Below are positions 1 through 7,685 of a stretch of DNA of 24,000 bases, in pieces. Made by a program: the position numbers and the translations under genes. The notes beneath the pieces were generated by a model. The model was not told where the DNA came from. It did not search any database and worked only from the letters and a program-made list of their open reading frames with translations. Every line of letters begins with the position of its first letter. Position 1 is the first letter of the stretch. Source of the stretch: an uncultured Peptoniphilaceae bacterium (GTDB taxonomy: Bacteria; Bacillota; Clostridia; Tissierellales; Peptoniphilaceae); the NCBI GenBank assembly GCA_964345835.1, contig CAYFSL010000002.1, positions 52,305 to 76,304 on the forward strand, in the 5' to 3' direction.

Positions 1-247
1 CTAATAAATGGGCTTCAAGGTTATTTATGTTAAGCTTTAACCCACCCTTGGTAGCCTTTATCATGGGGTTGATTATCCTGGAAGGAACAACCCTCCTAAG
101 CCTCATACCTATTAAGGTTCCAAGTCCAACTTTTACTCCTGAGAAATAGGCCGTAATCCATAGGCCTACTGGAATAAAGGTAAAGAAAACAGAAATTACA
201 ATAATTCCTATTATTATAAAAACAATTACTGATATTAGTCCTTCCAA
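1..247 (-). CDS. floA: Flotillin-like protein FloA (YqfA, SPFH family), first 82 codons; the 3' end runs off the window start
   Basis: Absent from the ORF track (TTG start, no stop in window). The minus-strand reading from TTG at 247..245 gives [82 protein letters not shown]. This closely parallels the N-terminus of B. subtilis FloA as I recall it (VFFTFVPV.LWISA..GVK....TLVGMRLRRV.P...NPLIKA.KAGL). A GGAGG lies 8 nt upstream, inside the last nfeD codons. The start is 2 nt after the nfeD stop, giving the conserved nfeD-floA pair. Confidence 0.85.
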   Translation of the reverse strand, partial: MEGLISVIVFIIIGIIVISVFFTFIPVGLWITAYFSGVKVGLGTLIGMRLRRVVPSRIINPMIKATKGGLKLNINNLEAHLL

Positions 248-249
248 AA

Positions 250-726
250 TTATTTCCTCCTACAATATATTTTATTTCCTTCAATTTTTACTACTGTTAT
301 CGCTTCTCCTTTTCCTATGAACTCCCCATAAGAAATCACATCATAGTGGCTACCATCAATTATGGCTTCACCAGATGGTCTAAGGTCTTTTTCAACTAGA
401 CCTTCCTTACCAATTAAATCCGAACTTACATAACTTGGCCCTTCTGGTCCTCCTTCTTGTAAAACAAACTTACTGGCGGCATTTTTGCCCATCATTAGTT
501 TTATCAAGATTATACTAATTAATAAAGAAATTATCAGAGATATAAAAATATATACATAAACTGAATGAATATTAGGTATAGCCTTAAGTGCATTTAGCAA
601 CAAATATATTCCAGCTATGCCTAAAAGACCAAGGCTAGGTACGAAAATTTCCATAACTATCAGGGTCAAGGCAACAACTAATACAAAAACAAACATGTAT
701 TGACTCGTTATTAAATCATAAAACAT
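250..726 (-). CDS. nfeD: NfeD-family membrane protein (YqeZ-like partner of FloA)
   Basis: 158-aa ORF. The N-terminal half holds three hydrophobic segments. The C-terminal ~60 aa has the NfeD OB-fold-like tail ([49 protein letters not shown]). GGAGG lies 7 nt upstream of ATG 726. It sits directly upstream of floA. Confidence 0.8.
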   Translation of the reverse strand: MFYDLITSQYMFVFVLVVALTLIVMEIFVPSLGLLGIAGIYLLLNALKAIPNIHSVYVYIFISLIISLLISIILIKLMMGKNAASKFVLQEGGPEGPSYVSSDLIGKEGLVEKDLRPSGEAIIDGSHYDVISYGEFIGKGEAITVVKIEGNKIYCRRK

Positions 727-866
727 TGCTAGTCCTCCTTTCTTGCTATTTTACCCAAATAAGGAGGAATTTAATAGTATTTTATCAATATTTTACATGT
801 CTAGCCTCCCTTCGTTAACGATTTAGCAAATCTTAACCAAACTGTTACACATTAGCTTTTCAAGTA

Positions 867-875
867 TGTTATAAT
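867..875 (+). promoter_or_regulatory. Candidate extended -10 promoter (TGTTATAAT) for the plus-strand lipoprotein gene
   Basis: TGtTATAAT at 867..875, about 80 nt upstream of ATG 957. Only a weak -35-like TTACAC lies at 845..850, with 19-nt spacing. Confidence 0.3.
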
Positions 876-956
876 TTTACTAGCTTTATACATAGTTTAG
901 TGAATTTTATCGCTAGATATTAAGTTGAATAGATTACATACAGAAAGGATGTTGAA

Positions 957-1613
957 ATGAAGAATAGAAAAATAATTTATCTAATATGTATTTTAGCCCT
1001 ATCTATATTCGTTAGTTCCGCTTGTGGAGCTTTAGGGGCTTCTGATTCTAAAAAAGATAAGCCTGACGTTAATGATTCTAACAAGTTAGAAGATAATAAA
1101 AAGTCAGATGACTCAGATAAAAAAGCGGATGATGATAAACAAGCAGAGGGTGAAAAAAAGCCTGATAACAGCTCTGATAAAGAGGGGAAAAAATCTAATG
1201 TAAACTCTCCTAGATTAAACTTTAATGACAATGAAACAGAAAACTTAAAAAAAGCTATAAAGCAATATTCTGTCACTTTGATTGAAGATGACAACCAAGA
1301 ACACAATGATGTCGACTTAGACAAGGTTGAAGCAATCGCAATCTACGAGGACGATTCATCATATGGATGGATTTGTAAGTATGATGATAACAAGATTGGG
1401 GTAGCACAGGTCCCTCATGAAACCATCTATGAAAATGGAGAAGAATACCACCCTGTCCAAATAGTTAAGATATGGGGAGAAAAGCACATCTATGAAGGTG
1501 GATCAAGCGGGATTAAGGACAATGATCCAAAGCTATTTAAGGCTGCCTCCAAGGAAATAGCAAAGACCTTCCACTTTGATGATGGCCTACAAATTAAATT
1601 TTTGTTTGACTAA
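957..1613 (+). CDS. Putative lipoprotein with an acidic/lysine-rich disordered linker and a C-terminal domain of unknown function
   Basis: 218-aa ORF with AAAGGA 7 nt upstream of the ATG. The N-terminus MKNRKIIYLICILALSIFVSSAC has a positive n-region, a hydrophobic core and a Cys in a lipobox-like SSAC context (position -3 is atypical). About 65 aa of D/K/S/E-rich low complexity follow, then a ~130-aa globular region with no motif I recognise. A strong terminator follows immediately. Confidence 0.6.
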   Translation: MKNRKIIYLICILALSIFVSSACGALGASDSKKDKPDVNDSNKLEDNKKSDDSDKKADDDKQAEGEKKPDNSSDKEGKKSNVNSPRLNFNDNETENLKKAIKQYSVTLIEDDNQEHNDVDLDKVEAIAIYEDDSSYGWICKYDDNKIGVAQVPHETIYENGEEYHPVQIVKIWGEKHIYEGGSSGIKDNDPKLFKAASKEIAKTFHFDDGLQIKFLFD

Positions 1614-1640
1614 TAAAGTCATTCAATGTTACTAAACTTC

Positions 1641-1667
1641 AAAAGGGACCTTTGGTCCCTTTTTTTT
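1641..1667. terminator. Bidirectional rho-independent terminator between the convergent lipoprotein gene and rpsU
   Basis: AAAA-GGGACC-TTT-GGTCCC-TTTTTTTT. The 6-bp GC-rich stem is at 1645..1650 and 1654..1659. It is flanked by an A-run upstream and a T-run downstream, so either strand sees hairpin plus U-tract. Confidence 0.75.
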
Positions 1668-1793
1668 AACCTTAAATATAAACTTAATCGTTGTTATAAA
1701 AGTAAGAAAAGACCACTAAAAAATGGCAGGTACCTGGACTCTAGCCCAAATACTCTACCATTGATAATTGATTTCTACATAAAGATAAATCTA

Positions 1794-1973
1794 TTAGAAT
1801 TTTCTTTTTTTCCTTCTAGCAGCTTCTGATTTTTTCTTTCTCTTGATGCTTGGCTTTTCATAGTGTTCTCTCTTTCTATATTCTGAAAGAACTCCTGAAC
1901 GAGCACATTGTCTTTTAAATCTTTTTAGAGCGTTGTCTATTGATTCATTTTCACGAACTCTAATTTCTGTCAT
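1794..1973 (-). CDS. rpsU: 30S ribosomal protein S21
   Basis: Not in the ORF track (59 aa). Minus-strand translation from ATG 1973: [59 protein letters not shown], stop TAA at 1796..1794. This is the canonical S21 sequence pattern. GAGGAGGTG lies upstream of the ATG. The position downstream of mtaB/HIT matches B. subtilis-type synteny. Confidence 0.93.
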   Translation of the reverse strand: MTEIRVRENESIDNALKRFKRQCARSGVLSEYRKREHYEKPSIKRKKKSEAARRKKRKF

Positions 1974-2024
1974 CGGTCTTCACCTCCTCGTTGCTAGATA
2001 TCCTTTGAGGATTTGTACCCTATA

Positions 2025-2053
2025 AGTATATAGTAAGGGGAGTTTTTTTGCAA
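2025..2053 (-). promoter_or_regulatory. Candidate sigma-A promoter for rpsU (TTGCAA-N17-TATACT)
   Basis: On the minus strand, -35 TTGCAA is at plus 2048..2053 and -10 TATACT at plus 2025..2030, with exactly 17 nt between. It lies ~50 nt upstream of the rpsU ATG. Confidence 0.4.
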
Positions 2054-2086
2054 GTCTAAATATAGCTTAAAAAAGTCTGTTAATTA

Positions 2087-2425
2087 CTAGCCAGCTGGCC
2101 AAAGCATCTTCCTTCCTGCCATGACATGAAAGTGCATATGGTGGACACTTTGCCCCCCATCTTCCCCGATATTATTTACTATCCTATATCCGTCCTTATC
2201 AAATCCCATGTCTTTAGCAACCTTCCTAATTGCTGTAAAAATCCTTGAAACAATAATGTCTTGGTCCTCTACTTCATTATTTGAAGCTATATGGGTTTTT
2301 GGTATGAATAGAATATGAATAGGAGCCTGTGGGTCCATGTCATTAAAGGCAAATACATAGTCATCTTCATATACTACTTTAGTTTCAATTTCCTTGTTAG
2401 CTAACTTACAAAATATACAGTCCAT
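2087..2425 (-). CDS. HIT-family (histidine triad) nucleotide-binding protein
   Basis: 112 aa with the N-terminal MDCIFCKL motif and the histidine triad QSVHHMHFHVMAG. AAGGAGG lies 5 nt upstream of the ATG. Confidence 0.88.
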   Translation of the reverse strand: MDCIFCKLANKEIETKVVYEDDYVFAFNDMDPQAPIHILFIPKTHIASNNEVEDQDIIVSRIFTAIRKVAKDMGFDKDGYRIVNNIGEDGGQSVHHMHFHVMAGRKMLWPAG

Positions 2426-2448
2426 TTGTACCTCCTTGTTGAAATTCC

Positions 2449-3762
2449 TTAATCCATAAGGCCTACAACCACACCTTTTAACTCTTGGTCTTTTCTTTCT
2501 AATATTTTTACCCTAGCTATCCTATTTACCAGGTCATCATCTCTAGGTACACTCACTCTTAGGTAGTTGGTTGAGTAGCCTTCTGTAGTCACCGCCCTCT
2601 TGGAATCCTCTTCAAACAATACTTCTAGCTCCTTACCAATAAAGGAGTCTAAAAATCTATTTGCTATCTTTTCTTCCTCTTGGGAAAGCCTATGGGCCCT
2701 TTCTTTCTTTATAGGTCCTTCCACCTGTTTAGGAAGGTCATAGGCAGGAGTTGACTTTCTCCTTGAAAATGGGAATACGTGGATTTTAGAAAAGCTAATA
2801 TCCTTTATGAAATCCATGGTTTCTTCAAAAAGTTCGTCCGTCTCTCCTGGAAAGCCCACAATTACATCTGTAGTGATGGCTGAATCAGGTAGGTATTTTC
2901 TTATAAGGTCCACTTTTTCCCTATACTCTTCCTTAGTGTACTTCCTATTCATGAGCCTAAGAATCTCATTGGACCCACTTTGAAGGGAAAGGTGGAAGTG
3001 GTCACAGGCTTTTTTTGTATCCCTATACCTTTCCATAAAGTCGTCAGTTATTACCCTTGGTTCAACCGATGAAAGTCTTATCCTTTCAACACCTTCAACT
3101 TCAGCTACCTTCTCCACTACGTCTATCAGCCTATAGTAGTCTTTTCCCCTGTCCTTACCATAGGATTCAACATGGATACCTGTAAGAACAATCTCCTTAA
3201 AGCCAGCCCCTGCAAGCTTTTTAGTCTCCTCTATGATGTTGTCCATTTCTCTAGAAGAAATAGGGCCTCTAGCATATGGAATTATGCAGTAAGAGCAAAA
3301 CATATTACAGCCCTCTTGAATTTTTAAGTAGGCCCTGGTCATCTCCCTTTGGGTGTTAAAGCCTATTTCATCAAATTCCTGGTTGTGCTTTATATTATCA
3401 ACGACTGAAATTGTAGTGTCCAGTTCCTTAGCCTTGTCTAAAAGCTCTATAACCCTTGACCTGTGCTTGGTACCGATAATTACATCAACATCCAGCTTTT
3501 CTATATCCTCGGGGGATACTTGAGAATAACAACCTACAACAGCTATTTGCCCTTGAGGGTTCTCTTTTTTCGCCCTGGATATATGCTGCCTGGATTTAGC
3601 AGCTGCTTGACCAGTAACAGTGCAGGTGTTAATCACATATACATCTGCTTTTTCTCCCTTGGATGCCCTGGTATAACCACTTGATTCAAAAAGCTTTTCC
3701 ATGGCCTCGCTTTCGTATTGGTTGACCTTACAGCCTAGGGTTTCTATCTTAAATTTTTTCAT
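2449..3762 (-). CDS. mtaB: tRNA threonylcarbamoyladenosine methylthiotransferase MtaB (YqeV-type radical SAM MiaB-family enzyme)
   Basis: N-terminal UPF0004 domain (FKIETLGCKVNQYESE), radical-SAM cluster motif CNMFCSYC, and a C-terminal TRAM-like region. Its position after rsmE matches B. subtilis yqeV. I prefer ATG 3762 (GGAG 6 nt upstream) over the ORF-track ATG 3780, which has no SD. Either start overlaps the rsmE 3' end, by 14 or 32 nt. Confidence 0.85.
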   Translation of the reverse strand: MKKFKIETLGCKVNQYESEAMEKLFESSGYTRASKGEKADVYVINTCTVTGQAAAKSRQHISRAKKENPQGQIAVVGCYSQVSPEDIEKLDVDVIIGTKHRSRVIELLDKAKELDTTISVVDNIKHNQEFDEIGFNTQREMTRAYLKIQEGCNMFCSYCIIPYARGPISSREMDNIIEETKKLAGAGFKEIVLTGIHVESYGKDRGKDYYRLIDVVEKVAEVEGVERIRLSSVEPRVITDDFMERYRDTKKACDHFHLSLQSGSNEILRLMNRKYTKEEYREKVDLIRKYLPDSAITTDVIVGFPGETDELFEETMDFIKDISFSKIHVFPFSRRKSTPAYDLPKQVEGPIKKERAHRLSQEEEKIANRFLDSFIGKELEVLFEEDSKRAVTTEGYSTNYLRVSVPRDDDLVNRIARVKILERKDQELKGVVVGLMD

Positions 3763-4486
3763 TAATATCTCCAATTTCATACTGAACCATTGCTGTTAAA
3801 GCTATGGCCGCAGTTTCCGTTCTTAGGATTCTCTTTCCTAGATTTACTATTCTAGCATTAGCCAGCTGAATTTGTCTAACTTCTTCTTCAGAAAAACCCC
3901 CTTCAGGGCCAACTATGATGTTTATCTTATAACCTTCAAAATCTTTGAGGGTCCCTTTTAGGCTTTCCCCATAATTTTCATAGGCTATTATAGTAAATTC
4001 ATCCCCTATAGAATCCAAGAGGTCCTTGAAACTTTTTACCGGGTGGATCCTTGGAAGTCTTCCCCTCTTGGATTGTTTGGCTGCTGCTAGGGCTATATCT
4101 TCATAGCGTTTTAGTTTCTTTGCTTCCTTTTTCTCATCCCATTTAACTATGGTCCTAGAGGATGCAAAAGGAGTGATTTCACTTACCCCCAGCTCTATAC
4201 ATTTTTGAATAATTAATTCAAGTTTATCCGACTTAGGTAGGCCCTGGTAAAGGTGGACCTGTAGACTGGACTCATTTACATCTTCCCAGGAATCTTTAAT
4301 CCCTGCTTCTATAGATTCTTTTCCCCTATGGGAAATATTTACTAGGTAAACGATTCCCTCTATAACTACTTCAAAATCCTCATCATCTCTTATCCTTAAA
4401 ACTCTCGTAATGTGGTGGGCATTGTCCTTTGATAGGGCTATCTTATCCCCTGATAGTGAGGAAGGATTCTCAAAAAATCTAAACAT
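3749..4486 (-). CDS. rsmE: 16S rRNA (uracil1498-N3)-methyltransferase RsmE
   Basis: 245 aa with the N-terminal PUA-like region (HHITRVLRIR), then GPEGGFSEEE and LGKRILRTETAA motifs typical of RsmE. Its ATG overlaps the prmA stop by 8 nt (ATGTTTAG). Confidence 0.88.
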   Translation of the reverse strand: MFRFFENPSSLSGDKIALSKDNAHHITRVLRIRDDEDFEVVIEGIVYLVNISHRGKESIEAGIKDSWEDVNESSLQVHLYQGLPKSDKLELIIQKCIELGVSEITPFASSRTIVKWDEKKEAKKLKRYEDIALAAAKQSKRGRLPRIHPVKSFKDLLDSIGDEFTIIAYENYGESLKGTLKDFEGYKINIIVGPEGGFSEEEVRQIQLANARIVNLGKRILRTETAAIALTAMVQYEIGDINEKI

Positions 4487-5396
4487 CTTTTTTTCTGCAG
4501 GCTATAAGAGCCCACTCTCCCTTTTCAAGATGATCAAGGATTTCAAATCCTCTTTTTTCAAGTTTATCTATGACCATCTGAGCCTTGCTGGTTATTATCC
4601 CCGATAAGACCATTTTTCCTCCTGGATTTAACCTATCATCCACCTCATCTAGCATGGTCATAATGATTTCAGCCAGGATATTGGCAAATATCAGGTCGTA
4701 GGCCCCATCTACTTCTGAAAATAGGTCTGAGTAAAAGACGTTTACATCCTCCACCCCATTTATCTTACAATTGTCCTTGGCATTGTCAATGGCAAGGGGG
4801 TCAATATCACAAGCATCAACCTCTTTAGCACCGAGTTTCTTAGCAAGTATTGATAAGATTCCCGACCCACAGCCTATATCAAGAACCCTTTTACCGGCCA
4901 GGTCCCAATCTTCAACATAGGCCATACACAGGGATGTAGTTTCATGGGTTCCAGTCCCAAAGGCCATCTTAGGTTCGATCTCAATACAGATTTTTCCTTC
5001 CGGAACTTCTTCCTCCCACGAAGGCTTTATCCATATTCTCTCCCCTATAGGAAATGCCTTATAGGACTTCTTCCATTCATCTTCCCAGTTGGAGTTGTCT
5101 ATATAACTGAAGTCGTATTCAAAGCCGGGTATACCTGTTGAAAAGAAAATTACAAATTCATTTAGGGTCTTTTCACCCTTTTCATCGTCGGTAAAAAAAA
5201 CCTTGTATGAGATTTTCCCTTCATCATCTAGCGGAAGGTCTGCCAGGTCCCACTCCGGAGATTGGGCTAAAAGCTCCCTTTTTTCTACTGGGTCATCAAC
5301 CTCAAATCCCGCTATATCAAAATTATATATACTATTTTCAACAAAGTCTTTCATTTGCCTATCCAGGCTAAATGATAGCATTAAAAAATCATCCAC
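4479..5396 (-). CDS. prmA: Ribosomal protein L11 methyltransferase PrmA
   Basis: 305 aa with the PrmA hallmark FGTGTHETTSLC and SAM-binding VLDIGCGSGILSI. GTG start at 5396 has GGAGAGG upstream. An alternative start is Met6. Confidence 0.88.
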   Translation of the reverse strand: MDDFLMLSFSLDRQMKDFVENSIYNFDIAGFEVDDPVEKRELLAQSPEWDLADLPLDDEGKISYKVFFTDDEKGEKTLNEFVIFFSTGIPGFEYDFSYIDNSNWEDEWKKSYKAFPIGERIWIKPSWEEEVPEGKICIEIEPKMAFGTGTHETTSLCMAYVEDWDLAGKRVLDIGCGSGILSILAKKLGAKEVDACDIDPLAIDNAKDNCKINGVEDVNVFYSDLFSEVDGAYDLIFANILAEIIMTMLDEVDDRLNPGGKMVLSGIITSKAQMVIDKLEKRGFEILDHLEKGEWALIACRKKDV

Positions 5397-5450
5397 TTAA
5401 TCACCTCTCCATTATTCTATACTATAGCAAATAATTATAAAATATTATTT

Positions 5451-5481
5451 AAAAAACTAGAAGGCACCTTCCAGTGCCTTC
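5451..5481 (-). terminator. Rho-independent terminator after the 233-aa membrane protein gene, separating it from prmA
   Basis: Minus strand reads GAAGGCAC-TGGAAG-GTGCCTTC (8-bp stem, plus 5460..5481), followed by TAGTTTTTTAAA. Confidence 0.7.
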
Positions 5482-5489
5482 CAACATGT

Positions 5490-6191
5490 CTACATTCCAA
5501 ACAGATTTGAAAATTGCTTTAGATTTAGTAATTCCAGCATTACATCTTCTGGATTTGCTACCCTCCACTGACCATCTTCTTTTATCATATTTATTGCAAC
5601 ACTAGTATCCCTGTCTTTTATAGACTTAAGGTCTATATTTTTAATAACTTCTTCTGGTGAACCACCCATCATTGATGCCTTTACCATTTGCATAAAGACA
5701 TCTGTAAAGTCCTTAATCTTTACCTTATAGCTAAGACTAACTTGGTCTGCGTCTTTTTCAACCTTGCCAGTTTCAAAAGAATACTTGGTTGAAGATAAAA
5801 AAGTCTTAAATAGACGGTTAGCCTGCTCATCTTCAAGGGAGCCTTTAACTTGTCCTTCATCTAGCTTCTTACTCTTAGCAACAAATTCATTAGCCTTGGT
5901 CATATCAACATTCCTAAAAGCTTCTAGGAATCCTTGGGCACTAGCCTTAGCCTTTTCAGTCTCTCTATCGGCTAGAAGTTTTTTCCCAACAAAAAACGCA
6001 CCTAAAGCTATGACAGCTATTCCTAAAAAGATTAGAAGGTATTTTATAAATCCCTTGGATTTTTTTTCTTGTGAACCAACCACTTCTTCATTATAAGATC
6101 CACTATTGTCTTCTAGTTGATCAACAGGTTGGACTTCATCTAACTTTACATCATCTAAATTGTTATTTTCTAGGTTGTTATCATCTAACAT
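5490..6191 (-). CDS. Single-pass membrane-anchored protein with a possible NTF2-like/DUF4878-like ectodomain (function unknown)
   Basis: 233 aa. It has an acidic N/D/E-rich N-terminal ~45 aa, one TM (FIKYLLIFLGIAVIALGAFFVG), then ~160 aa. That region begins AQGFLEAFRNVDMTKANEFV and ends EDGQWRV, which resembles DUF4878/NTF2-like lipoprotein domains by eye only. AAAGGAG lies 7 nt upstream of the ATG. Confidence 0.6.
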   Translation of the reverse strand: MLDDNNLENNNLDDVKLDEVQPVDQLEDNSGSYNEEVVGSQEKKSKGFIKYLLIFLGIAVIALGAFFVGKKLLADRETEKAKASAQGFLEAFRNVDMTKANEFVAKSKKLDEGQVKGSLEDEQANRLFKTFLSSTKYSFETGKVEKDADQVSLSYKVKIKDFTDVFMQMVKASMMGGSPEEVIKNIDLKSIKDRDTSVAINMIKEDGQWRVANPEDVMLELLNLKQFSNLFGM

Positions 6192-6248
6192 ATACTCACT
6201 CCTTTGTCTTGTATATAGTTAATAGTAGCAGTCCCTTGGCTTACTAAA

Positions 6249-6265
6249 TTACCATCTGATGGTAA
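6249..6265. repeat. Perfect 17-bp palindrome TTACCATC-T-GATGGTAA in the predicted leader of the 233-aa membrane protein gene
   Basis: Read directly from the sequence. It lies between the TGGTATAAT -10 (6298..6306) and the ATG (6191). An 8-bp-arm palindrome is expected about 0.4 times per 24 kb at uniform composition, and more often in AT-rich DNA. It may be a chance occurrence. Confidence 0.3.
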
Positions 6266-6297
6266 ATAAATCGAATAATAATAACTCAATTTATAGT

Positions 6298-6306
6298 ATT
6301 ATACCA
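6298..6306 (-). promoter_or_regulatory. Candidate extended -10 promoter (TGGTATAAT) for the 233-aa membrane protein gene
   Basis: Minus strand reads TGGTATAAT, a perfect extended -10. It is ~105 nt upstream of ATG 6191 and downstream of the dnaJ terminator. The -35 region is poor (GAATGA). Confidence 0.45.
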
Positions 6307-6415
6307 TAATATAGGCTTTTTCATTCACGAAATAAATATGTAATTGAAAATTATTTTTTATTCCAACTTTTAACAACTAATGCAATTACTTTGGATGACC
6401 TTTATTATTGTCTAG

Positions 6416-6451
6416 ACAAAAGAAAATCCAGCCCGTAAATGGAGCTGGATT
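6416..6451 (-). terminator. Rho-independent terminator downstream of dnaJ
   Basis: Minus strand reads AATCCAGC-TCCATTTACGG-GCTGGATT (8-bp stem, plus 6425..6451), followed by TTCTTTTGT. It lies ~60 nt after the dnaJ stop. Confidence 0.65.
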
Positions 6452-6509
6452 GATCAATGTTATATATAATTAAGTTTATTTTGCTTTCGCTAATACTCAT
6501 GTGGAATTT

Positions 6510-7640
6510 CTACTCAAAGATATCCTTTAATTTATCGAAAAATCCCTTTTTTTGTGGTTCTATTAAATTTTCGCCACAGACATCAGCAAATTTTTCAAAG
6601 GCAGCCCTTTCCTTGTCATTCAATTTCTTAGGAACGACAACTTTTACATCGAAATATAGGTCTCCTGTCATAGCTGTCCTAGCGTCTGTAACTCCCTTTT
6701 TCTTAAGCTTAAACCTAGTACCTGTTTGTGTGCCACTAGGTATGTCAAATTTCATAGTTCCATCAAGAACGGGTATGTCAATTGTATTTCCAAGGGTTGC
6801 AGTGATAATGCTTATTGGTAATTCATAGAATATATCATTTCCAATCCTCTTAAATATCTCATGTTCTTCGACATAAACAACGATATATAGGTCACCTGCT
6901 GGTCCCCCATTTTTACCATCATTTCCCTTGCCTCTAACAGTGATTGCCTGGCCATTTTTTATCCCTTGAGGGATCTTGATCTTTAGCTTCATGGTGTTTG
7001 TCTCAAAACCTGAGCCATGGCAACTATCACATTTTTCTTTAATCACACTTCCGCTACCCTGGCAGTCGGAACAGACTTCTTGAGACCTAAAAACGCCAAA
7101 AGGAGTTTTTGATGTCCTGGTAACGCTTCCGCTTCCTCCACAGGTTGGGCAAGTTTCTCTCTTATGACCTTCCTTGGCTCCTGAACCCTCACACACGTGA
7201 CAATGCTCTTTTCTCCTATAGCTAATCTCTTTTTCTGCCCCAAATACAGATTCCTTAAAATTGATATGGATAGAATATTCAAGGTCTTCGCCCCTCATCT
7301 TGGCATCGGGATCTCTTCTTTGTCTTGAATAGCCACCAAAACCACCACCGCCAAATAGGTCCCCAAACAAGTCGGAAAAGATGTCGCCCATGTCAGCTCC
7401 ACCAAAGCCGCCTCCACCATTTTCAAAAGCAGCAGCCCCATACCTATCATACCTAGCCTTCTTATCTGGATCAGATAAGATGGAAAATGCCTCATTAACT
7501 TCTTTTAATTTTTCAGCAGCCTCTTGATCTCCCGAATTTAAATCAGGGTGGTATTTCTTCGCCAACCTTCTATAGGCAGCCTTTAAATCTTTCTCTGAGA
7601 CATTCTTATCAACTCCCAGAACTTCATACGGATCTCTCAT
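6510..7640 (-). CDS. dnaJ: Molecular chaperone DnaJ (Hsp40)
   Basis: J-domain (DPYEVLGV, KKYHPDLN), G/F-rich linker, and four CxxCxGxG zinc-finger repeats (CHVCEGSG, CPTCGGSG, CSDCQGSG, CDSCHGSG). I prefer ATG 7640 (MRDPYEVLG). The ORF-track start at 7649 is a TTG abutting the only AAGG. Confidence 0.93.
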   Translation of the reverse strand: MRDPYEVLGVDKNVSEKDLKAAYRRLAKKYHPDLNSGDQEAAEKLKEVNEAFSILSDPDKKARYDRYGAAAFENGGGGFGGADMGDIFSDLFGDLFGGGGFGGYSRQRRDPDAKMRGEDLEYSIHINFKESVFGAEKEISYRRKEHCHVCEGSGAKEGHKRETCPTCGGSGSVTRTSKTPFGVFRSQEVCSDCQGSGSVIKEKCDSCHGSGFETNTMKLKIKIPQGIKNGQAITVRGKGNDGKNGGPAGDLYIVVYVEEHEIFKRIGNDIFYELPISIITATLGNTIDIPVLDGTMKFDIPSGTQTGTRFKLKKKGVTDARTAMTGDLYFDVKVVVPKKLNDKERAAFEKFADVCGENLIEPQKKGFFDKLKDIFE

Positions 7641-7675
7641 ATTCACCAACCTTATCTACTTATTTTAACCTGTCT

Positions 7676-7684
7676 ATTATAACA
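7676..7684 (-). promoter_or_regulatory. Candidate internal extended -10 promoter (TGTTATAAT) ahead of dnaJ
   Basis: Minus strand reads TCTGTTATAATAGAC, ~35 nt upstream of the dnaJ ATG and immediately downstream of the dnaK-dnaJ hairpin. An internal vegetative promoter ahead of dnaJ is known in B. subtilis. Confidence 0.3.
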
Positions 7685-7685
7685 G

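Noticed and set aside
96-284. 62-aa minus-strand ORF from the track
   Set aside because: It is in the wrong frame. It overlaps the nfeD 3' end, has no SD and gives an implausible sequence. The same DNA encodes FloA in another frame.
977-1324. 115-aa minus-strand ORF antisense to the lipoprotein gene
   Set aside because: It is the mirror image of the D/K-rich low-complexity region, giving an S/L/F-rich product. It has no SD, while the plus-strand gene has signal peptide, SD, promoter and terminator.
1626-1829. 67-aa plus-strand ORF
   Set aside because: It starts inside the terminator hairpin region of the lipoprotein gene, has no SD, and runs antisense into the rpsU 3' end. The composition is basic and low-complexity.
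6457-6828. 123-aa plus-strand ORF overlapping the dnaJ 3' end. Other antisense or alternative-frame ORFs fall in the same class: 3463..3684, 4410..4607, 4944..5141, 5203..5400, 5764..6096, 7043..7282, 7295..7495, 8363..8593, 9383..9613, 12430..12642, 13091..13303, 13997..14309, 16285..16518, 18613..18978, 19330..19536, 21244..21444, 21496..21744, 23505..23717.
   Set aside because: Each is embedded in a gene with strong motif support on the other strand or frame. Each lacks an SD and has a hydrophobic or Ser/Leu-rich composition typical of non-coding frames in AT-rich genomes.
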